Origin: Camelus ferus
Taxonomy: Eukaryota
DNA length: 64,000 bases
Reading direction: 5' to 3'
Assembly: GCF_009834535.1 (NCBI RefSeq)
Contig: NC_045717.1
Location: 26,102,001 to 26,166,000 of the forward strand
Positions 10,901 to 23,235 of the stretch are shown piece by piece. The position numbers and the translations under genes were made by a program. Under the pieces are notes generated by a model. That model ran no database searches. It saw only the letters and a program-made list of their open reading frames with translations, and was not told where the DNA came from. Position 1 is the stretch's first letter. The number at the start of each line of letters is the position of its first letter.

Positions 10901-11689
10901 GTGAAGGCAGGCCTCGTGGGGCTCTGGGGAGGGGCGGGCTCAGGGTCTGCTTTGGAGGGAAGAGCCGGCCCAGGAGTCGGGCAGAGACTGGAAGCGGAGA
11001 CGGGCTGTCTTGCCTGGGGCTCTCCTGGGTGTCCACGGAGAATTCCCTCACGCAGAAATCCCTTCTCCACGGTACCAACCAGGCCCGAGACCCCTGGGGG
11101 TCTCCACCACTTTTGAGATGCTAAATTATCACAGGTGTTACTGAAGTCCCAGGCACAGGAAGGGGCTGGAGGAGGACCCCACACGTGCCTGTGGGGCCGG
11201 GTCTGTGCTGACCAGCTGCTGACCCCTCACGCCCCCCATCTGCCCAGCCTCATGCATCTCTGCGACTTGAAATAGGCTCCCCCAACCCCTGCCCCGCCTA
11301 TTCATTTTCCCGACCCTGAGTCACTGGTCAGCAACCCTTCCTCCAGGAAGCCCTCCCTCAGGCTGCCCTCTTGCACCCCTGAAGTTGTAACCCCCCTACA
11401 ACCTTCAGGCTGCATCTCCAGGTTGTGACCCCCAGCTTGTTCCAGGGACTCCAGTTTTTGCCCCTAGCTCCATGTGCCTCCTCAACAAAACAGTCAGGCC
11501 ATAAGCCACGGTGGGTGCAGCAGCTTTTCGGGGTTCCAGCTCTGTCCACCCCAGGCAGCCAGACCCAGCCCAGAGAAGGGCCCTGTGGGTCTGCTGAGTC
11601 TGGGTGCACTGAGCACCCCCTGCACTCGGAGGCAGTCTCTGGGATCGTGCCTTGAGCCCTCTGTGCAGTGGGGTCCCCTCCACTGGGCA

Positions 11690-12300
11690 GGCAGACCACT
11701 TGGGGCTGGGGGCTGGGGTCCAGGATCCCACGTCTGGAGTTTGGACTCTGGAGTCAGACCTGGAGTTGGAATTGGGGGTCCTGGGTCAGAGATTGGGATC
11801 TGGGTTTCATGGGCTGGGGTTGGGTTCTGGGTTTGGGGATCTGAGGTCTGGAGTTTGGGATCCAGAGCCTGGGGTCTGAGGTCTGGGGCCCCCGGGACTG
11901 AGGATCTAGGATCTGGGGCTGGCGATCTGGAATCTGAGGTCAGGGGTTTGAGGTTTGAGGTCTGGGGTTGCAGTTCCTGGTCTGGGCTCTAGTGTATGGG
12001 GTCCAGGGTTTGAGGTTCGCGATTTAGAATCTGGGGCCCGAGGTGTGAGGTCAGGGATCTGGGGTCCAGAGTCCAGGGTCCAAGGCAAAGGATCTAGAGT
12101 CCGGAGTCAGAAGTAAAGGATCGAGAACCCGGGGTCCGGGGTCTGAAGTGAGAGATCTAGAATCCAGGATCCAGGATCCGAGGTAAAGGATCTGGAGTCC
12201 GGGGTCTGGGCCCCGGGTCTGAAGTATGAGGTCTAGCACGTGGGGCCCCTGTCTGAGGCCAGCGGTCTGGAGGCGGGGCCCAGGGTCTGAGGCACCGGGT
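11690..12300 (+). repeat. Degenerate ~7-bp periodic G-rich repeat (GRGRTCT-like)
   Basis: Units such as gaggtct, ggggtct, ggaatct, aggatct and gaggttt recur for ~600 bp immediately upstream of BTBD2 exon 1. Confidence 0.75.
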
Positions 12301-12830
12301 CTCCTCCCGCTCGCCCCCGCCCCGCCCCCTCCCTCCTCCCCAGCCCACCCGCCCCGCCCCCCGCCGCCCCGCCCCCACCCGCCTCGCCCCGCCCCGCCGG
12401 GCGCCGCACCGACAAGATGGCGGCGGGTGGGAGCGGCGGGCGCGCGTCTTGCCCGCCGGGGGTCGGCCCGGGCGCGGGGGGCGGCCCCGGGCCCAGCGCC
12501 AACGCCGCCCCGGCCCCCGGCAACGCGGCCGCCGCCGCCGCGCCGGCCCCCGCCGCCCCCGGGCCGCCCCCGCAGGTGTCCGGGCCGGGCGCGCAGGCCG
12601 CGGCGGGCGGAGAGCGGGCGGCCGAGGAGCCGGGGGCGGCGGCGCTGCTGCGCGAGCCGGTCTACAACTGGCAGGCCACCAAGCCCACGGTGAAGGAGCG
12701 CTTCGCCTTCCTCTTCAACAACGAGGTGCTCTGCGACGTGCACTTCCTGGTGGGCAAGGGGCTCGGCGCGCAGCGCATCCCGGCGCACAGGTGGGCCGCC
12801 GTCCCGGGACCCGGGACCTCCCCGGGACCC
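12290..12830 (+). promoter_or_regulatory. BTBD2: BTBD2 CpG-island promoter and exon 1, TATA-less with multiple Sp1 boxes
   Basis: Repeated CCCCGCCCC/CCCGCCC at 12310-12400, very high CpG density, directly before the ATG. Confidence 0.85.
12417..12790 (+). CDS. BTBD2: BTBD2 coding exon 1 (374 nt)
   Basis: [15 protein letters not shown]...[42 protein letters not shown]. Donor AG|gtgggc at 12791. Confidence 0.96.
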
Positions 12831-14451
12831 TGCCATCCCCGGGACACGCCATCCCCTGGACCTGGGACCCGCTGTCCCTGGGACCCTGCTTTTCTCAGGA
12901 CCCACCATCCCGGGGCCCCACCAGCCTTGGGCCTTGCGACCCTGCCAGGTTCCCATCCACCTGGTACCCCAGATATTAGCCAAATCCTGGTCCTGCACCC
13001 CCTACCCCTTCGCCCCCATTGGAGACCCCTGGCTCTGTGACCCCTGACCCTGCCACCTTGGCCAGGATCTCCTGAGCCCAGTGACCTTCCACCTCCAGCA
13101 TCCCTGTGACCCCTCCACCCCTGCTGGGCTCTCCAGGCCCTGCAAAGTTCAGTCTGGCCAGCCACAGGACCCCCAGACACTGCTGTCTCCCTCCGCTTCC
13201 TCCGCCCTGGGCTCTGCCATCCTGCCCCAGTGCCCTCCTCCCTCGAGTGCCCCATCTTTCTGGGACTGTGACCCCCAGAGCCCCACCTGACTCCCACCTT
13301 GTGAACCCAGGACCCCCAGTGACCCCCCCAAGCTCTGTTACATCCCCCCTCCCTGACCCCCCAGCTCCCAAGCCTCCTCTTCAAAGAAGGGTGTTTTTGG
13401 TCCAGGCCCCATTCCTCTGCTAGTCTCCAGGGCGCAGCCTCCAGACTCCCGGGTGGGGTGGGGCTGATGTCAGACCCCACCTTGCCCACTGCTGGTCCCT
13501 CTGATCCTGCTCGCTGGGGGTGCTGGGGAAGGTTCTGTCAAGGGAGGGGGCTGGTGGGGGGTTCTTGTCAGTCTGCCTGGAGTGTCCCTCAACCTGCAGT
13601 GAGCGTCCTCCCCACCTTTCGGACATGTAGCCTTTAACTTGTGCCTTCAAGAGGCTTCTTTCTGGCCTTTCTTGGTTATTTATGTACAGCTCTGTCTGGA
13701 TTCCTGTCCGAGGAAGGTCCCAGGCCTGCGGCTGGGTCCCCAGGGCCTCCTGCCGGGAGCAGGCTGCTGGTTGATGGGCCGCCCTGTGTCTTTCTCGTCC
13801 CATATTCCTGCTCTATGGACCTCCCCGTCGGAGGTTCTAGTTCATTGTCTTCTTTTCAGCCTTTGGGTGGTTATTTCATACGTGTTGTTGAGGTTTTGCC
13901 TGCAGTGGTCAGGTAGCTGACTGCCCAGTGGGTGATCTGGGCTCTGAGGTGCCTCAGTTTCCCCGCGGTGACTCAGGACCAACCACTCAGACACCACCTC
14001 CCCCGGGTGGCTGGGAGGATGGATCCAGTGACCTAACGAACCGCTTATCCCAGTGGCCCGGGGCTTGTCCCATAGACGGGCTGTCTTAAAACAAAGCTGG
14101 GGACAGAACCCAGAGCATAAACACCCCTCAGCCTCACTGATAAAACACGTACGGGAGCGGGGAGGGGACGGAACTTCCTTATGGGAGAATTCCTAATGAT
14201 GTGTCTCATTCTGCCTGGCTGGACCGAATTCCCAGCTCCCTCCTGGGTGGCCTGGATGTGGGGAGCTTGCGTGTGAAGAGTAGACTGGAACCTGACCTTG
14301 GGGAAGGAAACCCGGCAGATGCCACTTAGCTAGGTGGTCGAGGGCGGCCTCAGGGTGATGTCCGGGGGGGGGGGGGGTCAGGGCCCCGCCAGTGGAAGTG
14401 ATGAGAAGGACACTGCACCTCAGTGTGTTCGCCCCAAACCCATGACCCCAG

Positions 14452-14884
14452 TGTAGTGGGTTGAATGGTAGCCCCCAAGAAGGCCTGTCCACGTCCTGAC
14501 ACCCAGAACTGGGGAATGGGACGTAATTTGGAAAAAAGGTCTTTGCAGATGTGAATAAGAGTTTCAGAAAGAGACCATCCTCAGTTTTCTCAGTGAGCCC
14601 TAAATCCAGTGACAAGTCTCCTTCTCCTTATAAGATACAGGAGAAGCCACTGATGACAGAGGCAGAAACTGGAGGGACGCAGCCACAAGCCAAGGGAGGC
14701 CTGGGGCCCCCAGGAGCTGGAAGAGGGGGGAGGACCCTCCCCGGGAGCCTCTGCGGGGAGCACAGCCCTGTGACATCCTGACCTTGGACGTGTGGCCTCC
14801 CACAACGTGAGAGGATAAATTCCTGTTGTTTCAAGTCACCCAGTTTGCAGGACTTTGGCAGAGCAGCCCCAGGAAACCAGTGCA
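14452..14884 (+). mobile_element. MLT1B/C LTR, near full length
   Basis: Starts tgtagtgggttgaatggt. Internal 'gcagccacaagccaagg' and 'ataaattcctgttgtttcaag'; ends 'gcagccccaggaaaccagtgca'. Confidence 0.85.
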
Positions 14885-15789
14885 CCTGGTCTAACTGGAG
14901 AAAATAACAGATAAACCCAGCTTGGGGACATCCTGCAGGACACCTGCCAGTCTTCCAGACAGTCATGGGAGGAGCCTGAGGACACAGTTTAAAAAGCAGA
15001 GTAGGGGAGGAGCTCACGCTGACTTTGAGGAAGGCCATGGGGTCTGGACCCGCCCTCTCCCAGGACCCACATGGGAGGTGGTCTTGGGTGAGGCTCAGAG
15101 TGGTCATGACTCTGGGTGCATGGTGACCGGGGGCGTGGGGCATCAGAGGGCCGGGGTCTGGCTTGGCATTTGTGACAGTGGCAGGCGCTGGCCCGGGTCT
15201 AGGCAAGCTCAGGCCTCACTAGGAGCCCCCCCCCCCAAGATTAACTTTGCAGCCCCCGCCCTCGGCCCAGGAGAACAGCTGGCGCACAGCAGGCACTCAG
15301 GAAAGCCTTGTCCCCTACCTGGCCAAGTCCAGCGTGTGCACTCACGGGCCCCCTCGGAGGGAATGCTGAGCACCTTCAGGGAAGCGCCGTGTGCCCTGCT
15401 GGCGGCCCTACGACATTAGCATCGAAAACATTCATCACAGAAAGCTCAGCCTGGCAGAGAAGTCCAGGAAGTGGAGCAGCCTGTGTCCGGGGTCCCTTGT
15501 CCTTCATCCACTTCCTTGTGCGAGCTTAGCCCAGTAGCACGGCTTCTGATGACTGTGGCTGTGGTGTGTTTCGAGAATTGCTGAGGGTGTTCTTCCCAGT
15601 CTTACTCCTTGTCAGGACTTTTTCATCTAGTCTCACACACTTAGCTCTTCCAGAATCAATCACCCATCCGTCCGTCCCTCCTTTCCTCCAGCAGCCATTG
15701 AAATGGTGCTGCCAGAAAACATCTCTTTGTCCTTGTGGACCTTACCCTCCAGCGCAGCACCAGCGAATTTGTGTCGAGAGCCAGAGAGT

Positions 15790-15960
15790 AAAGACTTGCC
15801 GCCGGCCACGCGGCCTCTGCCCCAGCTGCTTAACTGTCCAGAGCAGCACAGATGGAGCAACACATACATGCGTGGGCGTGTCTGTGTGCCAATAAAACTT
15901 TATTTACAAAAACAAGTGATGGGCCAGATTTGGTCCAAGGGCTGTGATTGGCCAGCTCTC
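15790..15960 (+). mobile_element. MER58A fragment
   Basis: 'gggcgtgtctgtgtgccaataaaactttatttacaaaaacaag...gggccagatttggtcc'. Confidence 0.7.
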
Positions 15961-15999
15961 CCCTTACTGATTCCCGGCCGGACTGGTCTTCCCAAAGTT

Positions 16000-18900
16000 T
16001 GGGGGAGCTGATCGTTTAGAATATGAAGTCTGTCTGGGAACACGGCTCTTTCCGTGTATCCAGGGCGTGTTTGTGTGTCCTTAGGAAAGTGGTGTAATTT
16101 CTCAAGTAGCTTGTGCGTGTTCACTGTGGAGTTTTTGCTTAGTTATTTTTTGTTTTTTTCCTCTGTTGTGAGTAATTTGTTACATTTTTTTTTCTAGCTG
16201 GCTCCTTCTGGGGAGCTATAGACTTCTTGCTTATGTATCTTTATCTGATGCGAACAAGTTCTTCTGAAGCCGTCTTCGTGTTGGTAATTTTTCAGCTGGT
16301 TCTGTGGTCTGGCGCTGCCCAGTAGGCTTTTCTGTAACGACGGGAAGGTTCTAGCTTTGTGCTCTCTGGGCCTGGCCACAGTCACACGTGGCTGTTGAGC
16401 GCTTGAAGTGTGGCTCTCGCAACCGAGGAACTGAATCTTCTATCTCACTTAATTTTAATTTAGATTTACATAAGCCCTGTGTGACTAGCAGCAGTGACGC
16501 TGGACGGGGCAGTCTTAGAATTTCAGATGAGAGAATCGCGGCATGGGCAGTCAGTTTCTCTTTCCCACTCGTGTTTCTGCCTCGTGTTTTTCTCTGTTCT
16601 GGCTGCACTTCCGACCATCCAGGCACTGCTCCGTGTCAGAGATGTTGTTTGCAGTTAAATGTGGGCATTGATGCTGGTCTCTGACAAATTCTCTTTAACA
16701 AGAGAACAAGTTTCTTTCCATTCCTTGTTCTCTGAGAGCGTCCATGAAGTCTGGGTGGGGGGTGCTACCGAGAGCTTTGACTGGAGTCCGGTTTGTTTGA
16801 TCTGACAGTGGGCTGTGTGGAGAGTCTCTGCACTGGTGGGACACCCGGTGGCGCCCAGCCTAGGGGAGCTGCCGTCACCCCGAAAGGCCCCTGTCTCCAC
16901 TTGCACCAGCCCTCCTCCCACCCCGAAGCCCGGGCCATCGGTGATCTGTTTTCTGCGTCTCTAGTTACGCTGTTCTAAGAAATTTCATACGGGAGCGATG
17001 GAATCTGTGGGCTTTGGTCTGGCTTCTTTCACTTAGTGTCCTGTTTTTGAGGCCCATCCACGACTTGGCATCAGCAGCGCGTTTCTGTTTCTTGCTAAAG
17101 GAAGTCACTGCTGAACTCCACTGCATGGGTGGACCGCGGCTGTTCCAGTCCCCCGTCAGGGGCCGTTTGGGTTGTTCCCAGCTTTTCCCGACGGGGAGTG
17201 ATGCGGCTGTGAACGGCTGTGTGGAAACCTGTGTGTGGAGGCGTCGCTCCCTCTCTTGGGCAGATACTCAGGGCTTGGATGTTGGAATTACAGGGTGACG
17301 CTTGTACATGACATTTTAAGAAACTGCCAAGCTGTGCTCCCAGGTGGCCTCCTCGCGGTGCCCCGGCCTCCACGGTGTCTTTGGCCTCAGAGGTGAGCTG
17401 GGAAGCGTTCCCGCCTCTCCTCTCGGGACGAGTTTGTGCAGCGTTGGTGTTACCTCTCCTGGCGTGCTTGGCAGCGTTCCCCTGGGAATCGGCTTTTCTT
17501 TGTGGGAAGACTTTTTTGGGGGAGGGGGAGCTAGGGTTATTTGTTTACTGGGATTGAACCCAGGGCCTTGCGCACGTGCTCCACCCTCCCTGCCGTGGGG
17601 GGGGGGTTCCACTCCTGCTTCACTTATTTGCTCCCCGTTTGCTTAGGCTCCCCCCTCTCCGTGAGTTCTGACAGTCCGTGTCTTCGAGCACTTTAGGGCC
17701 TGTAGTGGTGCTCCCTCTTTCAGCCGTGTTTTTGGTAACCTGTGTCTCTCCCTCTTCTTGGTCAGTCTCTCCAAAGTTCTCGCCATGGTTGACTTCCCCC
17801 TAAGAGAGCAACCTTTCAGCTTCGTGGGTCTGGCTCTGTTTTCCCACCCCCGGTTTCAGAGATTCCTGCTCGCACGTCTGTTGCTCCCTTTGTGCTTTGG
17901 GTCGGACTTGCGCTTCATCCTCCAGGTCCTGGAAGCGGGAGCGCACCCCGCGGACTTCAGGTCTGTACTGACGCGTGTGTGCCGTGCGCCTCGGAGCCCT
18001 ATTGCGGCTGCACCCCTGACACTCTGATGAGCCGTGTTTGCATTTTCAGTCCGGTCAAGAGCCTGTCTAGGTCCCCTTGTGTTCCTTCTCTGACCCGAAG
18101 GCTGCTTAGAAGGGTTGGTCCGTTTCCAGATACTTGGGGACGTCTCCGATGTCTTTCTGTTGTTGGTGTAGAGTTGAACTCCTCCGTGTGTGGCCGCTCT
18201 CAGGGCTTCCACGTGTCTGGGTGTGGCCTCGGGCTGGCGTGCCCCCGAGAATGGGCCGGCGTGCTCGAGGGGAGCCTGCCTCCCGCGCCGTCGGCGGAGG
18301 TCCCGCAGCGCTGGGCTGGCCATGCGGCCTCAGGCTCGTGTCCCGGCCGGTGGTGCTAGGTTGTTCTGTCCGTTTTGGAGACTGAGGCATCGGAACCTCC
18401 AATGATAATGGGTAGATTGTCCCATTGTCCTCAGTTTCTGCTTTGTGTACCTGGGGACCCTGTTTCGCGTTCATTTGCATCGTTACCTGTTGCTGGTGTC
18501 CTGACCCTCCGTTCACAGGAAACTTCCGTTCCCCAGGGAGGCTCCTCGCCTCCCCGTCTGCTGTGTCTGCTGTGAGTGCAGGCACTCGGCTCTCCGGCGG
18601 TCTCCGGCTTTCCCTGTCTTCTGCCTTCATCCCTCTGTGTGTCTGGATGTCACACGTTGGTGTGTGTCCTTCTCCATGTATTGTGTCAGGAGCCTCTGAC
18701 GTCCCTCTGTCCCATCTCCTGTGACGTGAGTCTTGGCCTTGGGGTAAGTTCCCCCCTGGATGTCACCCTCCCCGAGGGATACTCTGGGACTGTACAGACC
18801 CCCCGCTTTCCTCCTACTTTGTGCGCTGGTGCAGCACCGTGGGCTGGTGGCTCTTGCTGGAGAGGGTCATTTACGCTGGCGTCCGCCGTATGATGAGTGC

Positions 18901-19300
18901 CTGTTTCTGTAACTCCTGCGTTTGCTAACTGGAATTCTAAAAGGAAGAGCTGTTCCTTAGCCCTAACACATTCCTCGAGTTACATACTCCATCCTCACCG
19001 GCTCGTGGATGTCTGTGTTACTGTGTGGGTCACCATCTGGTAGGAATGTCATTTGGTTGCTCCTGTGGTCCCAGGTCTGGCTGTCGGGAGTCCGAACAGC
19101 TGGCTTCTGTGTCTCTTCCCTTCAGCATCTCCCCCTCACGTTGGGAGCATTTCTTTACTTCCTGGCCCCACAAGATCCTCCAGGCTCTTTGTGGCACCTC
19201 CCCTGCCCAGCCCCAGCCCTGGAAGGAGCCTGGGTCCTTTTAGTGGAAGGTGGTATTTAGCAGCCAAGGTGTGCATTCTGAGTGTGCCCAGGGCTGCTGG
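16000..19300 (-). mobile_element. Fragmented old L1 cluster (ORF2/3' parts), strongly GC-enriched
   Basis: L1-like phrases 'gtctgttttctg...gtctggcttctttcacttag' and 'ttttctttagtggaagtggtatttag'. Boundaries approximate. Confidence 0.55.
17513..17590 (-). mobile_element. Vic-1-like SINE remnant with internal deletions
   Basis: 'ggagggggagctagggttatttgtttactgggattgaacccagggccttg'. Confidence 0.6.
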
Positions 19301-19715
19301 GGTGTTGATGGTTAGAGACGGTCTGAGCAGATGGAGCGAGGAAGTGCACTGACACACACATCCCCCTGTTCACTTCGGTCTCTCTCCATCCACCCTTCCA
19401 TCCATGCACCCACTGAAAGCCATGAGATCATCCTGAGTCCTCTGACTCCGGTTCAGCCCTGCAGAGCTCATTCCAGCCTCCCCTCCCCTCCCCTAACTCT
19501 CTTCTCCCTTGATGAGAACCCCGGCTCTTACTCTCCACACTTCTGCTTGGTGGCGCAGACCAAGTGCGTAGAGTAACCCTCACCCGTGAAGAGTGCTCTT
19601 CCCGAGTGAAGCACAGACTCTGGGTGCAGTTCTTCTGGCCTGTAACCCGTTTCCCAAGGGTACGTAGCTGGTCTTTTCTTCTCCTCCCCTTCAGGGTAGT
19701 ATTTAATTGAAAATA

Positions 19716-20420
19716 TTTTTTTTAATTGTGGTAAAATACACAGACCATAAATTCACCATCGTAACCACTCGTTAGAGCTCAGCTCAGCGGCGTTAAGCTC
19801 ATTCACACTGTTGTGCCGCCCTCCCCACCACCGTCTCCAGGACTTTCTCATCTTCCCAAACTGCAGCTCTGGCCCCATGAAACACCGACTCCCCCTCCCC
19901 TGCCCTGGTCCCACCATCTACTTCCTGTCTCTGTGGATGCGACTCCCCCAGGGACCTCCTGTGAGTGGGATCAGGCCGCATCTGTCCCGTGTGTCTGGCT
20001 CTCCCCCTGAGCATCTTGTCCTCAGGGCCGTCCACGTTGTAGCCTGCGTCAGAATCTCCTTCTGTTGAAGCTGATTGGCACTCCTTGCACAGAGGGACCG
20101 CACTGTGTGTGTCCATCGCCTGTCAGTGGACGCTGGGTTGCTTCCATCTTCGGCCACCTGGGGGCTGTGCTGCCGGGAGCACTGGTGCACAGGGTTTGTG
20201 TGGACGTGAGTGCATCTCTCTTGGGCACACGCTGCTGGGCCAGGTGGCCACTCTGTGTTCAGCCCCAGCCTGGCTTGCACCACGGCCACATACCTTACGT
20301 GCCCACTAGCCGTGCACGAGGGCTCCGATTTCTCCACATCCCTGGTGACTCTTGCCATTGCTTGTGTTTCTTATTCCAGCTGGCGGTCCTGGTGGTGCCT
20401 TGCTGTGGTTTTGATTTGCT
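19716..20420 (-). mobile_element. L1MB-type 3' end
   Basis: 'ttttttaattgtggtaaaatacacagaccataaattcaccatc'. The minus-strand ORF 19918-20358 has L1 ORF2-like 'DVEKSEPSCTASGHV'. Confidence 0.8.
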
Positions 20421-20829
20421 ATGTTTACACGGTTTTGAGGATGGATAGAAGAGGCCCTGCGGGGACGGGCTTGGTGGCCAAGGGTCCGGGCAAGCAGGGC
20501 TGTGGGTGGAGGAAACATGCGTTTGATCAGACGAGCCCCTCGGACCCGGGCCTTGCCGGTCCTGGGGCTGTCACTGCACCCGCCGAGGGCTCTGGGGGTG
20601 TGTGACCGTCTGGCATCCCGGCTCCACACAGACACACCAGGCCCAGCTGGGCGACTCTTCCTGACAGTGAACCTTTGGGGGAGGTTTTCCCCGCAGAAGG
20701 TCAAGCTGCCGTGTGAGATCCAGGCAGAGAGGAGGACAGGAAGCTACTTTCTTTGTTCAGCACGTGCGGGAGCACAGCTCTGGGCCGGGACCCGGCCTCC
20801 GAGGATGCGGTGGGGCTGCGAGCTGAGTT

Positions 20830-21190
20830 GGAGGGGCGTCCTGCAGCGGCCGCAGCAGAGCACCACAGGTGGCTGGGCAAGACCCCAAGGCCCCCCTTGG
20901 TTCTGGAATCTGAAGTCCAAGAGCCAGGGGTGGCAGGGCCAGGCTCCCTCCGGGTGCCCCAGGGGTGCAGCTTCAAGGGGCTCCGGGCATCCTGGGCTCA
21001 TGGCCACCTTGCTCCGGTCTCCCCATGTGTGGGTCTAAAGCTCCCTTACAAGCCACTGTGCTGGGGCCCAGCCTGGACCAGGGCGATCTCATCCTAGCTG
21101 GTGTCACCTGCGCAGACCCGACTTCCAAATGCAGTCCCACTGTGACGCTCCAGGTGGACGTGATGCTGGGGACACTGCTCACCCCATGTC
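20830..21190 (-). mobile_element. MLT1 LTR remnant
   Basis: 'gagcaccacag...gttctggaatctgaagtccaag...cagggcgatctcatc...acttccaaat'. Confidence 0.65.
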
Positions 21191-21934
21191 ACTCAGTTTC
21201 CCACCTGGCCCTGGCTTGGGTCTGGCCCTCGGGGTGCTCGTGAGCCCTGGGCCGGATTGGGGACTGAGACAAGGGCCTGGCAGGGCCCGGAGGCACACGT
21301 CCCACCATGGAGAAGGAGGTGGGAGGTGGGGGAGAGAGGGTTCTCGGGGAGAAGAGGGCACTGCTCACTAGGGGCTGTGGGAAGGCCGCCCCAGCACTGG
21401 GCAGAGGCCAGGAAGTGGGCTGAGGGGCTGGCTCTGCCCCATCTGCCAGTTCCAGAGGTTTCCAAGTCAGGGTGGTGGCTCAGAGCCCTGCCTGTGTCAC
21501 AGTCGGGACCCTGGGAGGGGCTGTGATGCAGGGGCCTTGCAGACCCAGAGGACAGGGGCTTTGCAGGGGCAGCCATTGAGCTGGGCCCCAGGCTGACTTT
21601 GCCTCTGGGGGGACGCTGTCTGGAGGCAGGCCCTGGGGACCGTGGGTGGGCAGCACAGAGTGGGCATGTCATGAAGGGCAGACCCCAGTGGCCTCCGCGA
21701 GGCCACTCGCCTCCTAATGCTCCCCTGGCCTTGACGCCCTTCCCTGCGGACTCAGCCCGGTTCCCCTGTCCCCACCAGGCCTTCCCTGACCCTTGCTTTG
21801 CCACGGCCCTGTGTCCTCCTTTCTACCCCACTGTCAGGCTGTCTGTGCGCTGGACCCATGGCCGCCTCCCTGCAACAAGGCCAGGGTTCCCATGCTCTGG
21901 CCCGAGCACAGGGGAGCTGTGTGCAGAGCAGGCG

Positions 21935-22020
21935 AGGGAGTGAGTGAGGGAGTGAATGGTGGGGGAGAGTGAATGAGGGAGGGGGAGTGAATGAGGGAGG
22001 GAGGAGTGAAGGGGGAGTGG
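21935..22020. repeat. Purine-rich (GAGTGAATGAGGGAGG)-like tandem repeat
   Basis: gagtgaatgg/gagtgaatgaggga units are visible. Confidence 0.8.
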
Positions 22021-22317
22021 GCACCAGCCAGAGCGCAGGTGCAGTGGGAGCTGGCAGAGCCCTAAGCCCTCTGTCCCAGGGAAGTGCTTCTGCTTCTCTG
22101 GCCTCTGTCGCTGTTGACCCACCTCCACTGCCTTCTTGCTCCTTGGCGCCTTCCTTCCGGAAGCATCCACTGCAGGCTGCTCCGGGCATAGCGTCCACTG
22201 CGGTGCTGGCAGGGGAGCCACAGCTGCGGGGACCCTCCCTGACACACCCTGGGGTCCCCGACGGCCCCCACCCCACCGGGCTCGGGGAAGAGGGACTGGT
22301 GGGCCACCAGCAGGTGA

Positions 22318-22461
<144 letters not shown>

Positions 22462-22619
22462 TAAGACTCCCCAGGTCCTTGCTGCGCGGGTGCGGGACCG
22501 ATAGCCTGATGTTTAAAAAATACAGACCCCTGGTGACGTGGCGTCCAGAGCCCCCAGCTTTCTAGAGGTTCCTAGAACTCGCCTCCCCAGTGAGGGGTGG
22601 GCTCTGGAGGCCCCTGCCC

Positions 22620-23000
22620 CACATCTGTTTTTGTGTTTTTTGTATCAAGATGTAATTCACATACCACATACCACATACCACATATCACACATCACACAGC
22701 TCACGCACTTAAAGTGTACGGTTCAGTGGCATTTAGTACATTCAGAGTTGTGCCCAATTCCTCTGCCCAATTCCAGAACATGCCCTCAAAAGAAACCCCA
22801 TCCCCATGAGCAGTCACACCCCTTCCTCCCCCAGCCCCTGGCAGCCAGGAGCCCCCTCCCCGTGTCTGGGGACTGGCCTGTTCCGGACGCCTCACATCCG
22901 TGGACTCACGCTGTGTGTCCTCCTGTGTCTGCTTCTCTCCCTGAGCACCGTGCTCTCAGGGTCCGGCCCCGTGGGAGCGCGTGGAGGTCCCTCAGTTTTC
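22620..23000 (-). mobile_element. L1MB-type 3' end containing a (CACATAC)n microrepeat
   Basis: 'agatgtaattcacataccac...cacttaaagtgtacggttcagtggcatttagtacattcagagttgtgc'. Confidence 0.8.
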
Positions 23001-23109
23001 ATCCTCTGTGGTCAGTGGAGTTTTGGAAGGAGTAACCTAATGTAAGAATTTAAAATTTCATCTATGTACTGTTTTGAGTTGCAGGTCTCGTCTCCCAAGC
23101 GCTGTAGGA

Positions 23110-23235
23110 CAGCGCAGTGGGCGCGGGGCGGGGCCTCGCGCGCGGGGGCGGGGCGGTGGGCGGAGCCCCCAGGCCGGCGCCCCGCCCCGCCAGGCCCCTT
23201 TCTTCTCCCGAGGCGCTGGCGTAGATTGGGTGACT
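23110..23235. promoter_or_regulatory. Small intronic CpG cluster with four GC boxes and an inverted CCAAT box
   Basis: GGGGCGGGG at 23125 and 23145, GGGCGG at 23158, CCCCGCCCC at 23180, ATTGG at 23225. Confidence 0.55.

Noticed and set aside
12051-12998. 315-aa minus-strand ORF antisense to BTBD2 exon 1
   Set aside because: It is the GC-rich shadow of the real coding exon plus low-complexity repeats, with no domain-like sequence.
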